64,000 nt of DNA from contig OZ024742.1 in the NCBI GenBank assembly GCA_964016885.1, forward strand, positions 12,462,001 through 12,526,000, in the 5' to 3' direction. Shown here one piece after another: positions 13,250-25,756 of the stretch. The first letter of the stretch is position 1, and each line of letters starts with the position of its first letter. The translations under genes were made by a program, and so were the position numbers. The stretch comes from Eledone cirrhosa. Its lineage: Eukaryota. The notes under the pieces are model-generated. The model was not told where the DNA came from, made no database searches, and saw only the letters and a list, made by a program, of their open reading frames with translations.

Positions 13250-14485
13250 CGAGTATCCTGGTATTTCAGGCTTTTCCCTAAAAAAGGAATGTAGTTTTGT
13301 GTGTGATTATATTTTGTTGGTCTGTTGCGTGTGGGTCTGTAGCTTGTTGTTTCATGAGGGTGAATGTGATGGTGGGGGTGGTATGTGTTGTGGTTGTTGA
13401 TGAGCAAGGGTTCTGTTGTTGGTTCATGTGGTCTGGGTGCGTTATTTCTGTGGTACAGAGTGTTGAGGCTGGGGGGTTGTCTTTTGTTGGATTGAGGGTG
13501 ATGTCTGGTGTGGTTGTGGGTAAGTTCTGTTGTGATTTCAAGTGGTCTGGTCGGATTTCTTCTGACGAATGTGGTGTGTGTGTTGTGAGTTGGATCTATG
13601 TTATTTCGTCGTTGGTTTATGTAGGGGGCATTTCTACGGAAACCTGTGTTGTGGTGGTTGGGTGTGTTTCTTTTGGTGTAGTTGGCCGTATTTGGTTTGT
13701 GTTGGTGGGGGATGTGCCTGTGGTTAGTGTGTGTTGGGTTTGGTGGTGTAAATGTGTCTGTTGTAGTTCTTGTTATGTTCAAATGCTTTATAAAGGGGTT
13801 ACCTGTTTGGTGCGTCCTTTTAAAGTCTTCTTCATATTTGAGGAACCAGTTTTCGGATTTTTCCCACCGTTTAAGGGAAATAGTTTCTGCATTCTCGCAG
13901 TCCTGTTTCCACGATTTGATTAAATTTTGTAGGGTTGTTCCCTCGGCCTTTTTAGTGCATTCTTCCTCCATATTTTTATCAGTATCCTTATACTCTTGCT
14001 CGTTTGAGGTGGCCCTTAATTTTAGGAGTTCTATTTCCATGTTTATCCTGTTGAGTGACATTTGTTCACGGAGTTTTCTTTCTGGTTCAGGTTCGTTTGT
14101 AATATGCTTTATTTGGAATTTACGTGGTAAAACTATCGGTGTTGAGTTAATCCATTTTTGGTAAATTCCAGCTTTATTGAGGTTTTTTTATCATATTCCA
14201 GAAAGTGAATTTTCTGGTTTTTAGATGTTTTTTCCAGAGGTGTCCCATTTGGTTTTTGATATGGAGCAATGTCGTTTGTTCTGTGTTGGTATTCATAAGT
14301 TTTTCGATGGAGTTGCATACGTTTTGAACGTTTAAATAAATTTGGTTGTCAGTCGGTGTGGTGGTTTGGGGTATATCCTGTTTTTTTGTCAGAATGGTGA
14401 GTTTTCCATTTATCTCTTTTAGGATTTTCAGGATTTCCTCATTGATATTGGAGTTTGAAGTTGTGTTGTCTTGTTCCAGTGCCAT
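13219..14485 (-). CDS. PLE upstream ORF (~420 aa; helical N-terminal half, H/T/N/P-rich C-terminal half), interrupted by one extra base in a homopolymer
   Basis: Track ORFs 14174-14485 and 13219-14061 join into one frame (…WNMIKNLNKAGIYQKWINSTPIVLPRKFQIKHITNEPEPERKLREQMSLNR…) if one T is removed from 14183-14189. Confidence 0.7.
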
Positions 14486-14727
14486 TTTCCGGATTTGCGT
14501 AGGTTAGTATATATGAAAAGTGTAATTTTCTACACAAAACGAAGGTTATAGAGAAAATTGAGGTTGGTAATGGCACATGGAATATATAAGAGACAGAATA
14601 CTTTTTTGTGAAAAAACATAATTTTATAAGGTAAGGAAATAATAAAGGGTATGTGTGTGTGTGTATGTGTGTATGTATATGTATGTGTGTGTGTATGTAT
14701 GTGTGTATATGTATATATATATATATA

Positions 14728-14760
<33 letters not shown>

Positions 14761-15106
14761 GTATGTGTGGATGAAGGTATGTGTGTATATATAGGTGTAA
14801 GTGCACTAAATCCCTTTCTATCACGCTCCATTCTCCTACCCACCACAGGAAGATATGTGTATGTATATTGCTTCCACCACCTCACTGACCAGCAGCTGGC
14901 CAGTTGGTGATTGCTAAATCTGACCTTTATAAAATAACCCACACCCCAAATAACTTCTCATTCACTACCAGAAAGGGACACAGCAGTCAACCTGTTGTTG
15001 CTACCTAGATGAAAACTGCTATGAAATCCCACAATGAATTTTATACTTGAATTTTCAAATCTCAAATTTTAACTCTTCGTATTATTAATTGTTCTTAATA
15101 TTAATC

Positions 15107-15154
15107 AACATTTGAAAAGATGGCTTTTGCAGACCCATCGAAACCGGTCATTTT
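15107..15154 (+). ncRNA. Hammerhead ribozyme copy in the inverted 5' pseudo-LTR of the PLE
   Basis: TTGAAAA 15112-15118, GATGG/CCATC stem II, GAAA 15140-15143, CCGG, TC 15148-15149. Confidence 0.7.
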
Positions 15155-15252
15155 TTATACCCTTTATTATTTCCTTACCTTATAAAATTATGTTTTTGCA
15201 CAAAAAAAATATTCTGTCTCTTATATATTCCATGTGCCATTACCAACCTCAA

Positions 15253-15316
<64 letters not shown>

Positions 15317-15335
15317 TAGCATTAAAGCCCTTTTA

Positions 15336-15381
<46 letters not shown>

Positions 15382-15385
15382 AGCA

Positions 15386-15504
15386 GTTACACAACAGTTA
15401 GTTCACCATACTGAGAACAATTGTTTCACCTGAACGGATCCGAGCTGAGGATCCGCTAAGGTGAAACAATTGTCCCCGGTATGGTCAACTAACTGTTGTG
15501 TAAC
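15386..15504. repeat. ~120-bp hairpin containing a canonical minimal hammerhead (15440-15479, +)
   Basis: GTTACACAACAGTTAGTT…AACTAACTGTTGTGTAAC arms; CCGAG-CTGAGGA-TCCGCTAAGGT-GAAA-CAATTG-TC-CCCGG. Confidence 0.75.
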
Positions 15505-15748
15505 CACTTCTACCAAACTCGTCCAATGGACTGAGTGCTCTACCGCTACGGATATTACCTTCCAGCCTTCTACCACTATATATATATATATATATATATA
15601 TGTGTGCGTGTGTGTGTGTGAGGGTATAAGTTCTCTTGTGTTTTCACTGCCATTATTGGAGTGCTACACCAGTACTCATTGTATTTAGCGGTGTATGTAT
15701 ATTTTCTATTTTACTGCTCCTGATGCATTACCATACCTACCTACACAC

Positions 15749-15787
<39 letters not shown>

Positions 15788-15877
15788 TGTAGAGGTTATA
15801 TTTATTTTGTTGGGATACAACAAGCAAAATATTTTTATAACTGATATAAAGCACTCAACAAATTATTGGAGTAAATA

Positions 15878-16228
15878 TACAATATATTAACAAATAGAAA
15901 CTATATTTATAAAACCATATTTATTTCATTATACATATTTCAAGGGCCACCAAGGCAAACTATGGTGCGCTTTCATCAAATAAAATATAATATAGGTTAG
16001 TTTTATAAATAAATATTTACATACCGTGAAAAAATGCAACCATCCTGGAGATTCCAACCAGAATGGTTGCATTTTTTCAGGGTATGTCAGTATTTATTTA
16101 TAAAACTAACCTATATTATATTTTATTTGATGAAAGCGCACCATAGTTTGCCTTGGTGGCCCTTGAAATATGTATAATGAAATAAATATGGTTTTATAAA
16201 TATAGTTTCCATTTGTTAATATATTGTA
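15878..16228. repeat. 350-bp near-perfect foldback (171-bp arms, 9-nt loop), each arm with a hammerhead-like motif
   Basis: 15878-16048 is the reverse complement of 16058-16228 with few mismatches. Confidence 0.9.
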
Positions 16229-17109
16229 AATATATATATATATATGTATGTTCTGTTTCTACATTAGATCCACCCTAAGTTATAGTGTATTTTACTTATT
16301 CATCAACTTAGAGTTATCACCAGTTTCATTTCTCTATATATTAGTCTTAACATCTAAATAGTTTGAGAAATGTTACCAACTTTATGCTCATAAAAGGCTT
16401 CAAAACCCTAAACTGACACAAGATATTTTATACCTAAATCCATGTGAGACACAAGGAAGGTAATGGTATATTTTCTGATAAAATTATGTACAACGTATAA
16501 CCTGAACGGATTAATGTGATAATTTCTGTTAATATAATCCCATATGATAATGACATTATTGTTGCCTACAAGAAATATTAATATATTAATAAATTTAGTA
16601 GATATAGAAGCTTTCGTCGTATTTGACTACAGAAATTAGCCTGCTACTGGGGTTTAAAATCCTCTAAATGATGTTAAAGCCTAGTATCAGGTTAAGTTCT
16701 TTAGTCAAAATACTGCGAAAGTTTCTATTTCTACTAAATTTCAAACTTCCCTTAGTGTTTTCAAAACTAAACGCTTGTTTGAATATATTAATAAATAATG
16801 AACTGGCAGAGTCGTTAGAGAATGAATTGAAATAAAAACAGTGTTTTGCGCTGTTTGTTCCAACTGCCTCTACTCAAATCTAAAATCCCTTCGACGTAAA
16901 ATATACCTTTCATCGTCTTGGGGTCATTAAAGAACCATATTGGCAGAATGTTTAGTGTTGCATTGTTATTCTTGTAGATGTAAATGTTCTTCACCGGTTC
17001 CCAGAACTCAGACAACGGAGTTCCACACAACCTGTATAGTAGGACTATTTCATCCTTTATGCGAGCGGTGAAAAGATCTAGTTGAGTCTAGTCAGATCCA
17101 AGTATCATC

Positions 17110-17400
17110 ACTTGTCACTCCACTCTCTTTCAGGCCAGTGCTACGAAACCATTGGTATATCTTCAGTTGGTCTAAATCTGACTCTTGTATCCTTTGCTTA
17201 TCGGTATCTACACATGTTTTACTTTGTCCTCCCAGATATTATGCAGCTATAGCAGGGTCATTGTCAATTTAATTGTATTTCACTCGCTCCACATAGAAAC
17301 TAATCCCTTTTCTTTTTTTACTGGACTTTCTGGGACAGTTTTACTTTGAGCAGCCTTTTTCTTGGTGAGGCAAAACCTGATGTTTTACAATTCTGGTAAA
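17110..17400 (-). pseudogene. Degraded fragment of an RLE-type (R4/Dong-like) non-LTR retrotransposon ORF
   Basis: Minus-strand translation …RIQESDLDQLKIYQWFRSTGLKES… resembles the 'D.D...T..WL.S.GLK.ETEG' block. Confidence 0.4.
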
Positions 17401-17479
17401 TATATTCATCTTAAGAAACATCGTTTTGAAGGTGAATTTGAATTCAATCATTCGTTGGATTGGCACCATCTGTAGAGGG

Positions 17480-17652
17480 ACGGACGCCATGCATTGAGGC
17501 ATAGAGTTACAGCCCTTGCCATTCTGAGTTCAAATCTCGCCGAGGTTAACTTTGCCTTTCATCCTTACAGGATCGATAAAATAAAGTACCAGTGAAGCAC
17601 TGGCGTAATTGTTGGTCTTGTGCCAAAAGTAGAAACAATTATTATTATTATT
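17480..17652 (+). mobile_element. Meta-domain tRNA-SINE with (ATT)n tail
   Basis: GAGTTCAAATC B-box-like motif, then GCCGAGGTTAACTTTGCCTTTCATCCTTACAGGATCGATAAAATAAAGTACCAGT. Confidence 0.7.
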
Positions 17653-17774
17653 ACTCTTTCTCACCTTCTTCCTCCTCTTCTTCTTTTTCTTAATATTATT
17701 TTATTCCTCTTCTTTCTCTTGTTCTTCTTCCTCTTCTTCTTCTACTTCTTCTTATTGTTACTATCATTATATAA

Positions 17775-17840
17775 TGAGTTCAAATCCCGCCGAGGTTAAC
17801 TTTGCCTTTAATCCTTACGGGGTCGATAAAATAAAGTACC
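17775..17840 (+). mobile_element. SINE fragment directly abutting the 5' end of LINE A
   Basis: GAGTTCAAATCCCGCCGAGGTTAACTTTGCCTTTAATCCTTACGGGGTCGATAAAATAAAGTACC. Confidence 0.7.
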
Positions 17841-17878
17841 GGCCTATCACAACTGGAGACAGATTGTGACGAGGAGGA

Positions 17879-18445
17879 GTGGGAAACGGTATCAGGAAAA
17901 AAAAAAGAAACCAAAAATGTAAAAATTCTCTTCCTTCCCCATCCAAAAACAAAATACAGAGGGAAACAAATAAATTAACAAACAAAAAAGTTAGGACAGA
18001 TATGCCACCATCCACATCAGTATCACCAATACCATCACCATCATTAACCCCAACACCACCATCACCTACACCACAAAAGTCACCAAAATGCGAAACAGAA
18101 ACAAGCCCTCAACAAACGCAAACAAAACAAAACAACCAAAACGATACACACTACACAGCATTAAATTTGAACAACAACCAATTATTACACTACATCCAAC
18201 ACAACACCAGCATCACAGAAAAAGACTACACAACAACCCAAAAATTCACACCACCTCCACACATACAAATCACTCGCATCACACAGAAAACGTACATGAC
18301 ACTAAAACAAAAATTCCCCAAAGACATCGGAGACTTCCGACAAGCACTCTCCAGTAGGATTTATAAGGACATCCTTCCTGAGGAGACCACAAGCAGTGAA
18401 AAGGATGGAAAAACCGTCCTTACTCTACGACTCTACGAGAAGTAA
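17879..18445 (+). pseudogene. LINE A ORF1 C-terminal part
   Basis: Pro/Thr-rich linker plus 'HIQITRITQKTYMTLKQKFP', homologous to C-terminal blocks of LINE C and D ORF1. Confidence 0.6.
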
Positions 18446-18484
18446 GGTAAGTGGTCTTTCCCATCTTTTCCACTCCATTTCAAC

Positions 18485-21400
18485 ATGACCTCACTCAGAA
18501 TAGGCAGCATAAATGCGCGTGGCTTGGGGTCGTCATGGAAGCAGGGCCACCTGCTCAACGACCTCAGGTCACTAAAAAAGATGTAGTGGCCATAAGCGAG
18601 ACCAGAATCTCCGAAGCACGGGCCTTCGCACCGATCTTCGGCGGCTACGATTTGTACGCATCTCCCAGTCGTCCGGGATCGGGGGGTGGAGTTGCTGTGC
18701 TTTTTCGGAGAGGTTTGGATCTTGCCATACGGGCCATCTTCCTGGACCCAGAAGGTAATTTGGTGGTGCTGGACGTGACCAGCGGAGACGGGCAAGCTTT
18801 CAGGTTAGTGGCCGTCTATGCCCCGACAGGAGCAGGGCGGCCTGATTTTTCCGGCGTCTGGAGAACTTTCTTGGAACGTCCTGCTCTTTAGTGTTAGTGG
18901 GCGACTGGAACGGGATCTTAGATGCACGCTGGGACTGTGTGGGACTAGTGGATAGGAGAGGAGGGTGCAAGAGTCTCACCAACCTGCTCAGGCGTTTTGA
19001 ACTGTCTGACAGGTACCGATTGGATTTCCCGAATGTACCAATGTGGACTTGGACAAATCGCATAGGGTCATCCAGATCATATCTAGATAGAGTATTTTGT
19101 AGGGAAATAGATAGGTCTAGCATAGGCTGTCCACAATTCAAGATAATCAGCTACAAGGATCAAAAATTCGTGATCTGTGTGCTTGACTTAGATGGGCTTC
19201 ATAGACGAGGACCCGGCTACTGGAAGCTAAGCGCGTCCTTACCAGCGCGCAAGGCCTACAGAGACCGGATTAGCGAACTAGTTAAGCGGGCGTTGACGGG
19301 GGCCATCGTCAACAAGTGGTGGTTTGCTCTGAAAAGAGCAATTAGAATAGAGTTCATTAGGTTTAGTAAGGCTTTAGCAATAGAGAAAAATAGAGCAGAG
19401 GGAGAATTAGTTAAAAAATTTGACGAGGCGCTTTGCAAAGGCATCGCGAACGACGTACTTGCGGCGAAATTGGCCCTTGACCAATTCTTCAATGGAAAGC
19501 ACTAAGGCTGCGTTGTCAGAGCTAGGGTGAGTGCTCTCAGACACGAGGGGAAGAAAGTCATTCAATGGGCCCGAGTGGCGGAGGCGCGTCGTGGCAACAA
19601 AGCCACGATCCGTCTTTGGTGTCCCACGACGGGCGCATGTTACTCGATCCCGGGCAAATGTGTGAAGCTTTTCAGCGACACTTCGCTCAAATGTTCGGGG
19701 GCAGCGACGGGCCGGATCGAGGGATGGACTTTAGTGTCTACCTCGACGGGCTGCCGCGGCTCTCGGCCACTGAGGCGGAGTGTTGCGAAAAGCCGATAAC
19801 AGCCGCTGAAGTACGGGAGGCAATGACTGACTGCACAAGGGGTAAATCGCCTGGTTTGGATGGTCTGCCCTATGAACTTTACGTACAGATCCCAGACTTA
19901 TTCGGAGGCCTCTTGGCGGACGTCTACTGCAACTGGCAACAGAACGGGAAAATTCCCAGCTCTGTGAGCCGGGGAGCGGTGGCGCTGCTGAGAAAGGATC
20001 CGAACAAGGGGGATAACATAGATGATTTTAGGCCCATAACACTGCTAAACACAGAGTTCAAGATTTTGGCGAAGGTGCTAGCAAAGAAGTTGGCGCTTGT
20101 CGTGGTGGTCTGGTGGGAGAGGCGCAGACATGCGCCATTCCTGACAGATCCATCCACGACAAACTCCACCTCATGCGATACATCGTAAAGAGGGTAGCTA
20201 GGGAACCTGGCACGGGTGGGTCTTTGATAAATTTAGATCAGTCGAAAGCTTTCGATAGGGTCGACCATCGTTACCTAGCGGCAGTCCTGAGGGCGGCAGG
20301 CTTTGGGCCCGTCTTCAGAGGCTGGATCGCTGCCATGCACAGCGACATCTGCTCTGTGGTGAGAGTGAACGGTCACCTTTCCGAACCGTTCAACATCATG
20401 CGCTCGGTCCGCCAAGGATGTCCCCTCTCGGCCCTCTTGTACGTATTGACTCTCGAGCCATTACTGCACAAGCTGGAGACGTTGAGGGGGGTCCCGCGCG
20501 AACTAGGATGCGGAAGATCCGTGTCAGCATATGCGGACGATGTCACCGTAGTGGTGTCGAACGCCAAACACATCGAGGCGATCGGCACTACACTAAGAGA
20601 ATACGAAGCGGTGACAGGAGCAATGATCAACCAGGAAAAGTCAGTGGGCCTGCAGCTCGGCACCTGGACAGGCAGGTCCATGCCGTCCAACAGCGTCGTC
20701 GGGCGCTGGACGGACGGACCGGTTAAATTGCTAGGGGTCTGGTTCGGTCCAGACCTCCAGACGGACAAAAACTGGGACGAGGTGACGAGCAGGGTGGCTT
20801 CTCTCACCCAGAAATGGGCGGAGAGGAAGCTATCCCTGAAAGGTCGAGCGGAGGTGGCTAACGCGTACATCGCGTCCGTCATCTACTACCGCCTGACCGT
20901 CGTACCTTGTCCTAAGCCCCGCCTGACTGCGCTGGAGTGTTTGCTCTTTCGCTTTTTGTTGAAGGGACGCTCTCCAATGGTCAGGAGGTCCATCTGCTGT
21001 CAACACCCGCTACGTGGAGGGCTGGGCATGCCGTGGCTGATGATGCGCAGACACGCGCTCAGGCTGCAACATCTCCACCTCTTCCTCGACGGTGATCAGG
21101 TGTGGTCGCCGTTTGCTAGACACGTATTTTCCCAGCTCGTTTCCTTGACGGAGCTGCAGTCCTGGGTCAAGCAAAGACCGAGAGGGAGCGCCTGGACACT
21201 GGAATGTCTTCAGGCGCTCACAGCCCTCGACCAATCGGGCAATGTGATCGGTGGAAACTCCACCTCGGCGTTCTATAGAGGATTAGTGGAGGGGAAGAGC
21301 GACGACGTACTTGGGGAAACTCTAGGCGTCGACGAAAATCAACTAGCCAATCTCTTCGGAAGAACTTTCGGGCCAGGGCCTATGGACAACTTCCAGAAAT

Positions 21401-21897
21401 CTCTGGCCTGGCAGTACTACCGAGGAGCCTTGCCAGTTCGGGATAAACTCTACAGGCATGGAGGTGCCGTCAGCCGGGCATGTCCGAGATGCGCGCAGGG
21501 CGACGAAACCGTCCTGCACGCACTCGTCCAGTGTTCGAAAATTGCTGACTTGTGGGTTTATGTCGAACACCTGCTGTCGCGTGTAGGACGGATCCGGCTA
21601 TCATCTGAGTCCATCGTGAGGATTGCCCCGCCCTCCTCCTTTAGCCGGGAAGGGCAGGCAGCTTTTATCTGTCTGGTGGCCATGGCGAAAGAGATAGTAT
21701 GGTGGACACGTTTGAAAGGGCTGAAGACGAGCACTTACCTCTTCGGTGATGCTCTGATTGACTTTTTCAAATTTCATTTGAAAAGGAAAATCAGAGTAGA
21801 GAGGGAAGTGCTCTCTTCCCACCATTTTGTTGAAAGATGGGTGAGAGAAGCAAGAATGGCCCGAGTGAATGGGCCTACTCTGAGTATATATCTGTAA
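18485..21897 (+). pseudogene. LINE A ORF2 (AP endonuclease - reverse transcriptase - C-terminal CxxC), several frameshifts/stops
   Basis: GSINARGL, AISET, VYAP, GDWN, SYLDR, PGYWKL, KSPGLDGLP, RPITLLN, DQSKAFDRV, QGCPLS, YADD, GGLG, CPRC..ETVLHALVQC. Confidence 0.92.
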
Positions 21898-22144
21898 ATT
21901 AAAGGTGGAAAACTCGGAGAGGGCACTTGCCTTGATGGTCAGGATCACTGTGGCCTTTTACTGGGCTTTCTCCACAAGTGTCCCTCCGAAGTCTCCCCCT
22001 ATTGGGGAATTTTTCATTGTTATTTTTTGTTACATCCTCTGTTTTTGTTTTTTACACGCAGAAATGCCCATTTGTACCGTCCTGTATTGTCCTGCACTGT
22101 CCTTAATGTCTACTTTATGTAAACCCTTGTGGGTAATAAAGAAA

Positions 22145-22190
<46 letters not shown>

Positions 22191-24208
22191 GATGGTCTGG
22201 TGGGAGACGCGCAAACATGCGCCTTTCCAGACAGATCCATCCACGACAACCTCCACCTCCTGCGATACATTGTAGAGAGGGTAGCTAGGGAACCTGGCAT
22301 GAGTGGATCTTTGATCAATTTAGATCAGTCAAAAGCTTTCGATAGGGTCGACCATCGTTATATGGCAGTAGTCCTAAGAGCAGCTATCTTTGGGCCTGTC
22401 TTCAGAGGCTGGATTGCTGCATTGCACAGCGACATCTGCTCTGTGGTGAAAATGAACGGAACCTTTCGGAACCGTTCAACATCATGCGCTCGATCCGCCA
22501 GAGATGTCCTCTCTCATCCTTGTTGTACGTATTGACTCTTGAGCCATTACTGCACAAACTGGAGACATTGAGGGGGATCCCACGTGAACTAGGATGCGGA
22601 AGAACAGTGTCAGCTTATGCAGACAACATCACTGTAATGGTGTCGAACACCAAACACATTGAAGCAATCGGCACCACACTAAGAGAATACGAGGTAGTGA
22701 CAGGAGCAATGATCAACCAGGAAAAGTCAGTGGGCCTGCAGCTCGGCACCTGGAGAGGCAGGTCCATGTCGCCCAACAGCGTCGTCGGGCGTTGGACGGA
22801 CGGACCAGTTAAATTGCTAGGCGTCTGGTTCGGTTCGGGCCTCCAGACGGACAAAAACTGGGAGGAGGTCACGAGCAAGGTGTTTTCTCTCACCCAGAAA
22901 TGGGCGGAGAGGAAGCTATCCCTGAAAGGTCGAGCGGAGGTGGCGAATGCGCACATCGCGTCCGTCATCTACTATCGCCTGACCGTCGTGCCTTGTCCTA
23001 AGCCTCGCCTGTCTGCACTGGAGCGTTTGCGCTTTGGCTTTTTGTGGAAGGGACGTGCTCCGATGATCAGGCGGTCCATCTGCTGTCAACACCCGCTACG
23101 CGGAGGGCTGGGCATGCCGTGGCTGATGATGCGCAGACATGCGCTCACGCTACGGCATCTCCACCTCTTCCTTGGCGGTGATCAGGTGAGGTCGCTCTTT
23201 GCTAGACACATGTTTTCCCAGCTTGTCTCCTTGGCAGAGCTGCAGTCCTTGGTCAAGCGAAGAACGAGAGGAAGCGCTTCGAGACTAGAATGTCTTCAGG
23301 CGCCCACAGCCATCGACCAGTCGAGCAATACAATCGCTGGAAACTCCACATTGGCTTTCTATAGAGGATTGGGGAAACTCTAGGCGTCGACGAAATCCAA
23401 CTAGCCAATCTCTTCGGGAGAACTTTCGGGCCGGGGCCCATGGACAACTTCCAGAAATCCCTGGCCTGGCAGTGCTACCGAGGAGTCTTGCCAGTTCGGA
23501 ATAAATTCTACAGGCATGGATGTGCCGTCAGCCGAGCCTGTCCGAGATGCGCACAGGGCTATGAAACCGTCCTGAACGCACTCGTTCAGTGTCCGAGCAT
23601 TGCTGAATTGTGGTTTTATGCCAAACACCTGCTGTCACGTGTCGAACGGATCCAGCTATCAGCTGAGTCCATCGTGAAGATTTCCCCGCCGCCTTCCTTT
23701 AGCCGAGAAGGGCAGGCAGTTTTTATCTGCCTGTTGGCCATGGTAAAAGAGATTGTATGATGGACACGTCTGAGAGGGTTGAGGACCAGTACTTTCCTCT
23801 TCGGTGACTCCCTCATTAACCTTTTCAGGTTTCACCTGAAAAGGAAAATCAGGATGGAGAGGGAAGTGCTGTCCTTCAGCCAGTTTGTTGAAAGGTGGGT
23901 GAGAGAGGAAAGAATGGCTCGTGTGAATGGGTCTACTCTGAGCGTGTGCCTGTAGCATTGTAGGAGGAAAACTGGAAGAGGGCATTTGTCTTTGTGGTCA
24001 GGGTAACCGTGGCTTTTCTTGTAGGCTTTCTCCACGAGCAACCCTCGGAGATCTCCCCCTATTGGGAATTTTTCATTGTTTCCTTTTGTCACACTCTGTT
24101 TTTGTTTTTTTTTACACGCAGAAATGCCCATTTTTATTGTCCTGTATTGTCCTGTGTTGTCCTTATTGTAATACTTTGTGTCAACCCTTGTGGTTAATAG
24201 AAAAAAAC
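22191..24208 (+). mobile_element. L1/Tx1-clade LINE, copy B (5'-truncated, same family as A), flanked by (ATT)n on both sides
   Basis: Colinear with 20105-22146; RT motifs DQSKAFDRV, YADN; (ATT)n at 22147-22190 and 24209-24232. Confidence 0.92.
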
Positions 24209-24679
24209 ATTATTATTATTATTATTATTATTCCTATATTAATCGATTTTATTGAATTGCATGTAATTAAAATAAATTCACGTATTAATTCCTTGTATAC
24301 AGGTTATTTGTTTAGGCAGTGAATGTGAAACCATTAAAAGTAAAATATAATATTTGTCATAATCATTTCAGACATTTTAAAAGACGCCATTAATTTCAAG
24401 AAAGTTTGAAAAGGAAACTTTCACGTTAATGTGAAATTGTTTTCTATTCAATGTTACTCAAATATTTCCTCAAAACTAAGTTGGTGTTGTCGTTTTGCAT
24501 AAACACACACACATACACACACATATATATATGTATATATATATACACATAAAAAATATATATATATACATATATATACATATATTTATATATACATATA
24601 TATACATATATTTATATACATATATTTATATATATATATATATATATAATTGTATGAATATGTGTGTATGGGTGGGTGT

Positions 24680-24721
<42 letters not shown>

Positions 24722-24843
24722 GTGTGTGTGTATGCATGTATACATATATATACAGATATATATATATATACACATATATGTGTGTGTACATATATACATA
24801 TATATATATACATATATATACTGATATATATACATATGTCTAC

Positions 24844-24874
<31 letters not shown>

Positions 24875-24939
24875 CATATACATACATATACATACATATA
24901 CATACATATACATACACATATATATATACATGTACATAC

Positions 24940-24976
<37 letters not shown>

Positions 24977-25031
24977 CATACATATATATATACATACATA
25001 CATACGTCTACATATATATATACATACATAC

Positions 25032-25076
<45 letters not shown>

Positions 25077-25143
25077 CATACATATATATATACATACATA
25101 CATACATATATATATATATATACATACATACATATATATATAC

Positions 25144-25248
<105 letters not shown>

Positions 25249-25529
25249 CAAATATATATATATATTCTTCACGCTACTATTCAACTCTAGTATAACTGTT
25301 TCAACCTTGTAGTTATATCTCCGCATATTTTCTACCGTTGGACCTATGTGGTTTATATATTTCTCGTAATTGTCAAAATATTTATTGTTGTTGTTGTTGT
25401 TGTTTTAATTTTTTGTGTTTTTAACGGTCTGAGAAGCAGCAAGATTTTGATTACAATTCTTTCTGTTTGTGACAAATGTTTGTGAATGTGATTAATCAAC
25501 TCCACCTTAAATATATACAGTCTAACAAA

Positions 25530-25538
25530 TATAGCATA

Positions 25539-25611
<73 letters not shown>

Positions 25612-25756
25612 TAATAATAATAGCAACAACAATAATAGCAACAGTAATAACAATAATGGACAATAATAATAGTAATAATAAAACAATAATGATAACAACA
25701 ACAAAAATAATAACAATAATAACAAAAACAAAAACAATAACAACAGCAACAACAAC

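Larger units (their letters stand above)
9621..15260 (-). mobile_element. Penelope-like retroelement (endonuclease-positive PLE), near full length, with 3' pseudo-LTR, short 5' direct repeat and inverted 5' pseudo-LTR
   Basis: RT-GIY-YIG ORF; 14515-14652 is a direct copy of 9621-9758; 14653-15260 is an inverted copy of ~9655-10260; flanked by TA-rich microsatellite. Confidence 0.95.
17841..22146 (+). mobile_element. L1/Tx1-clade LINE, copy A (5'-truncated in ORF1; ORF2 frameshifted)
   Basis: ORF1 remnant, APE-RT-Cys domain, 3' UTR with AATAAA followed by (ATT)n. Confidence 0.92.
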
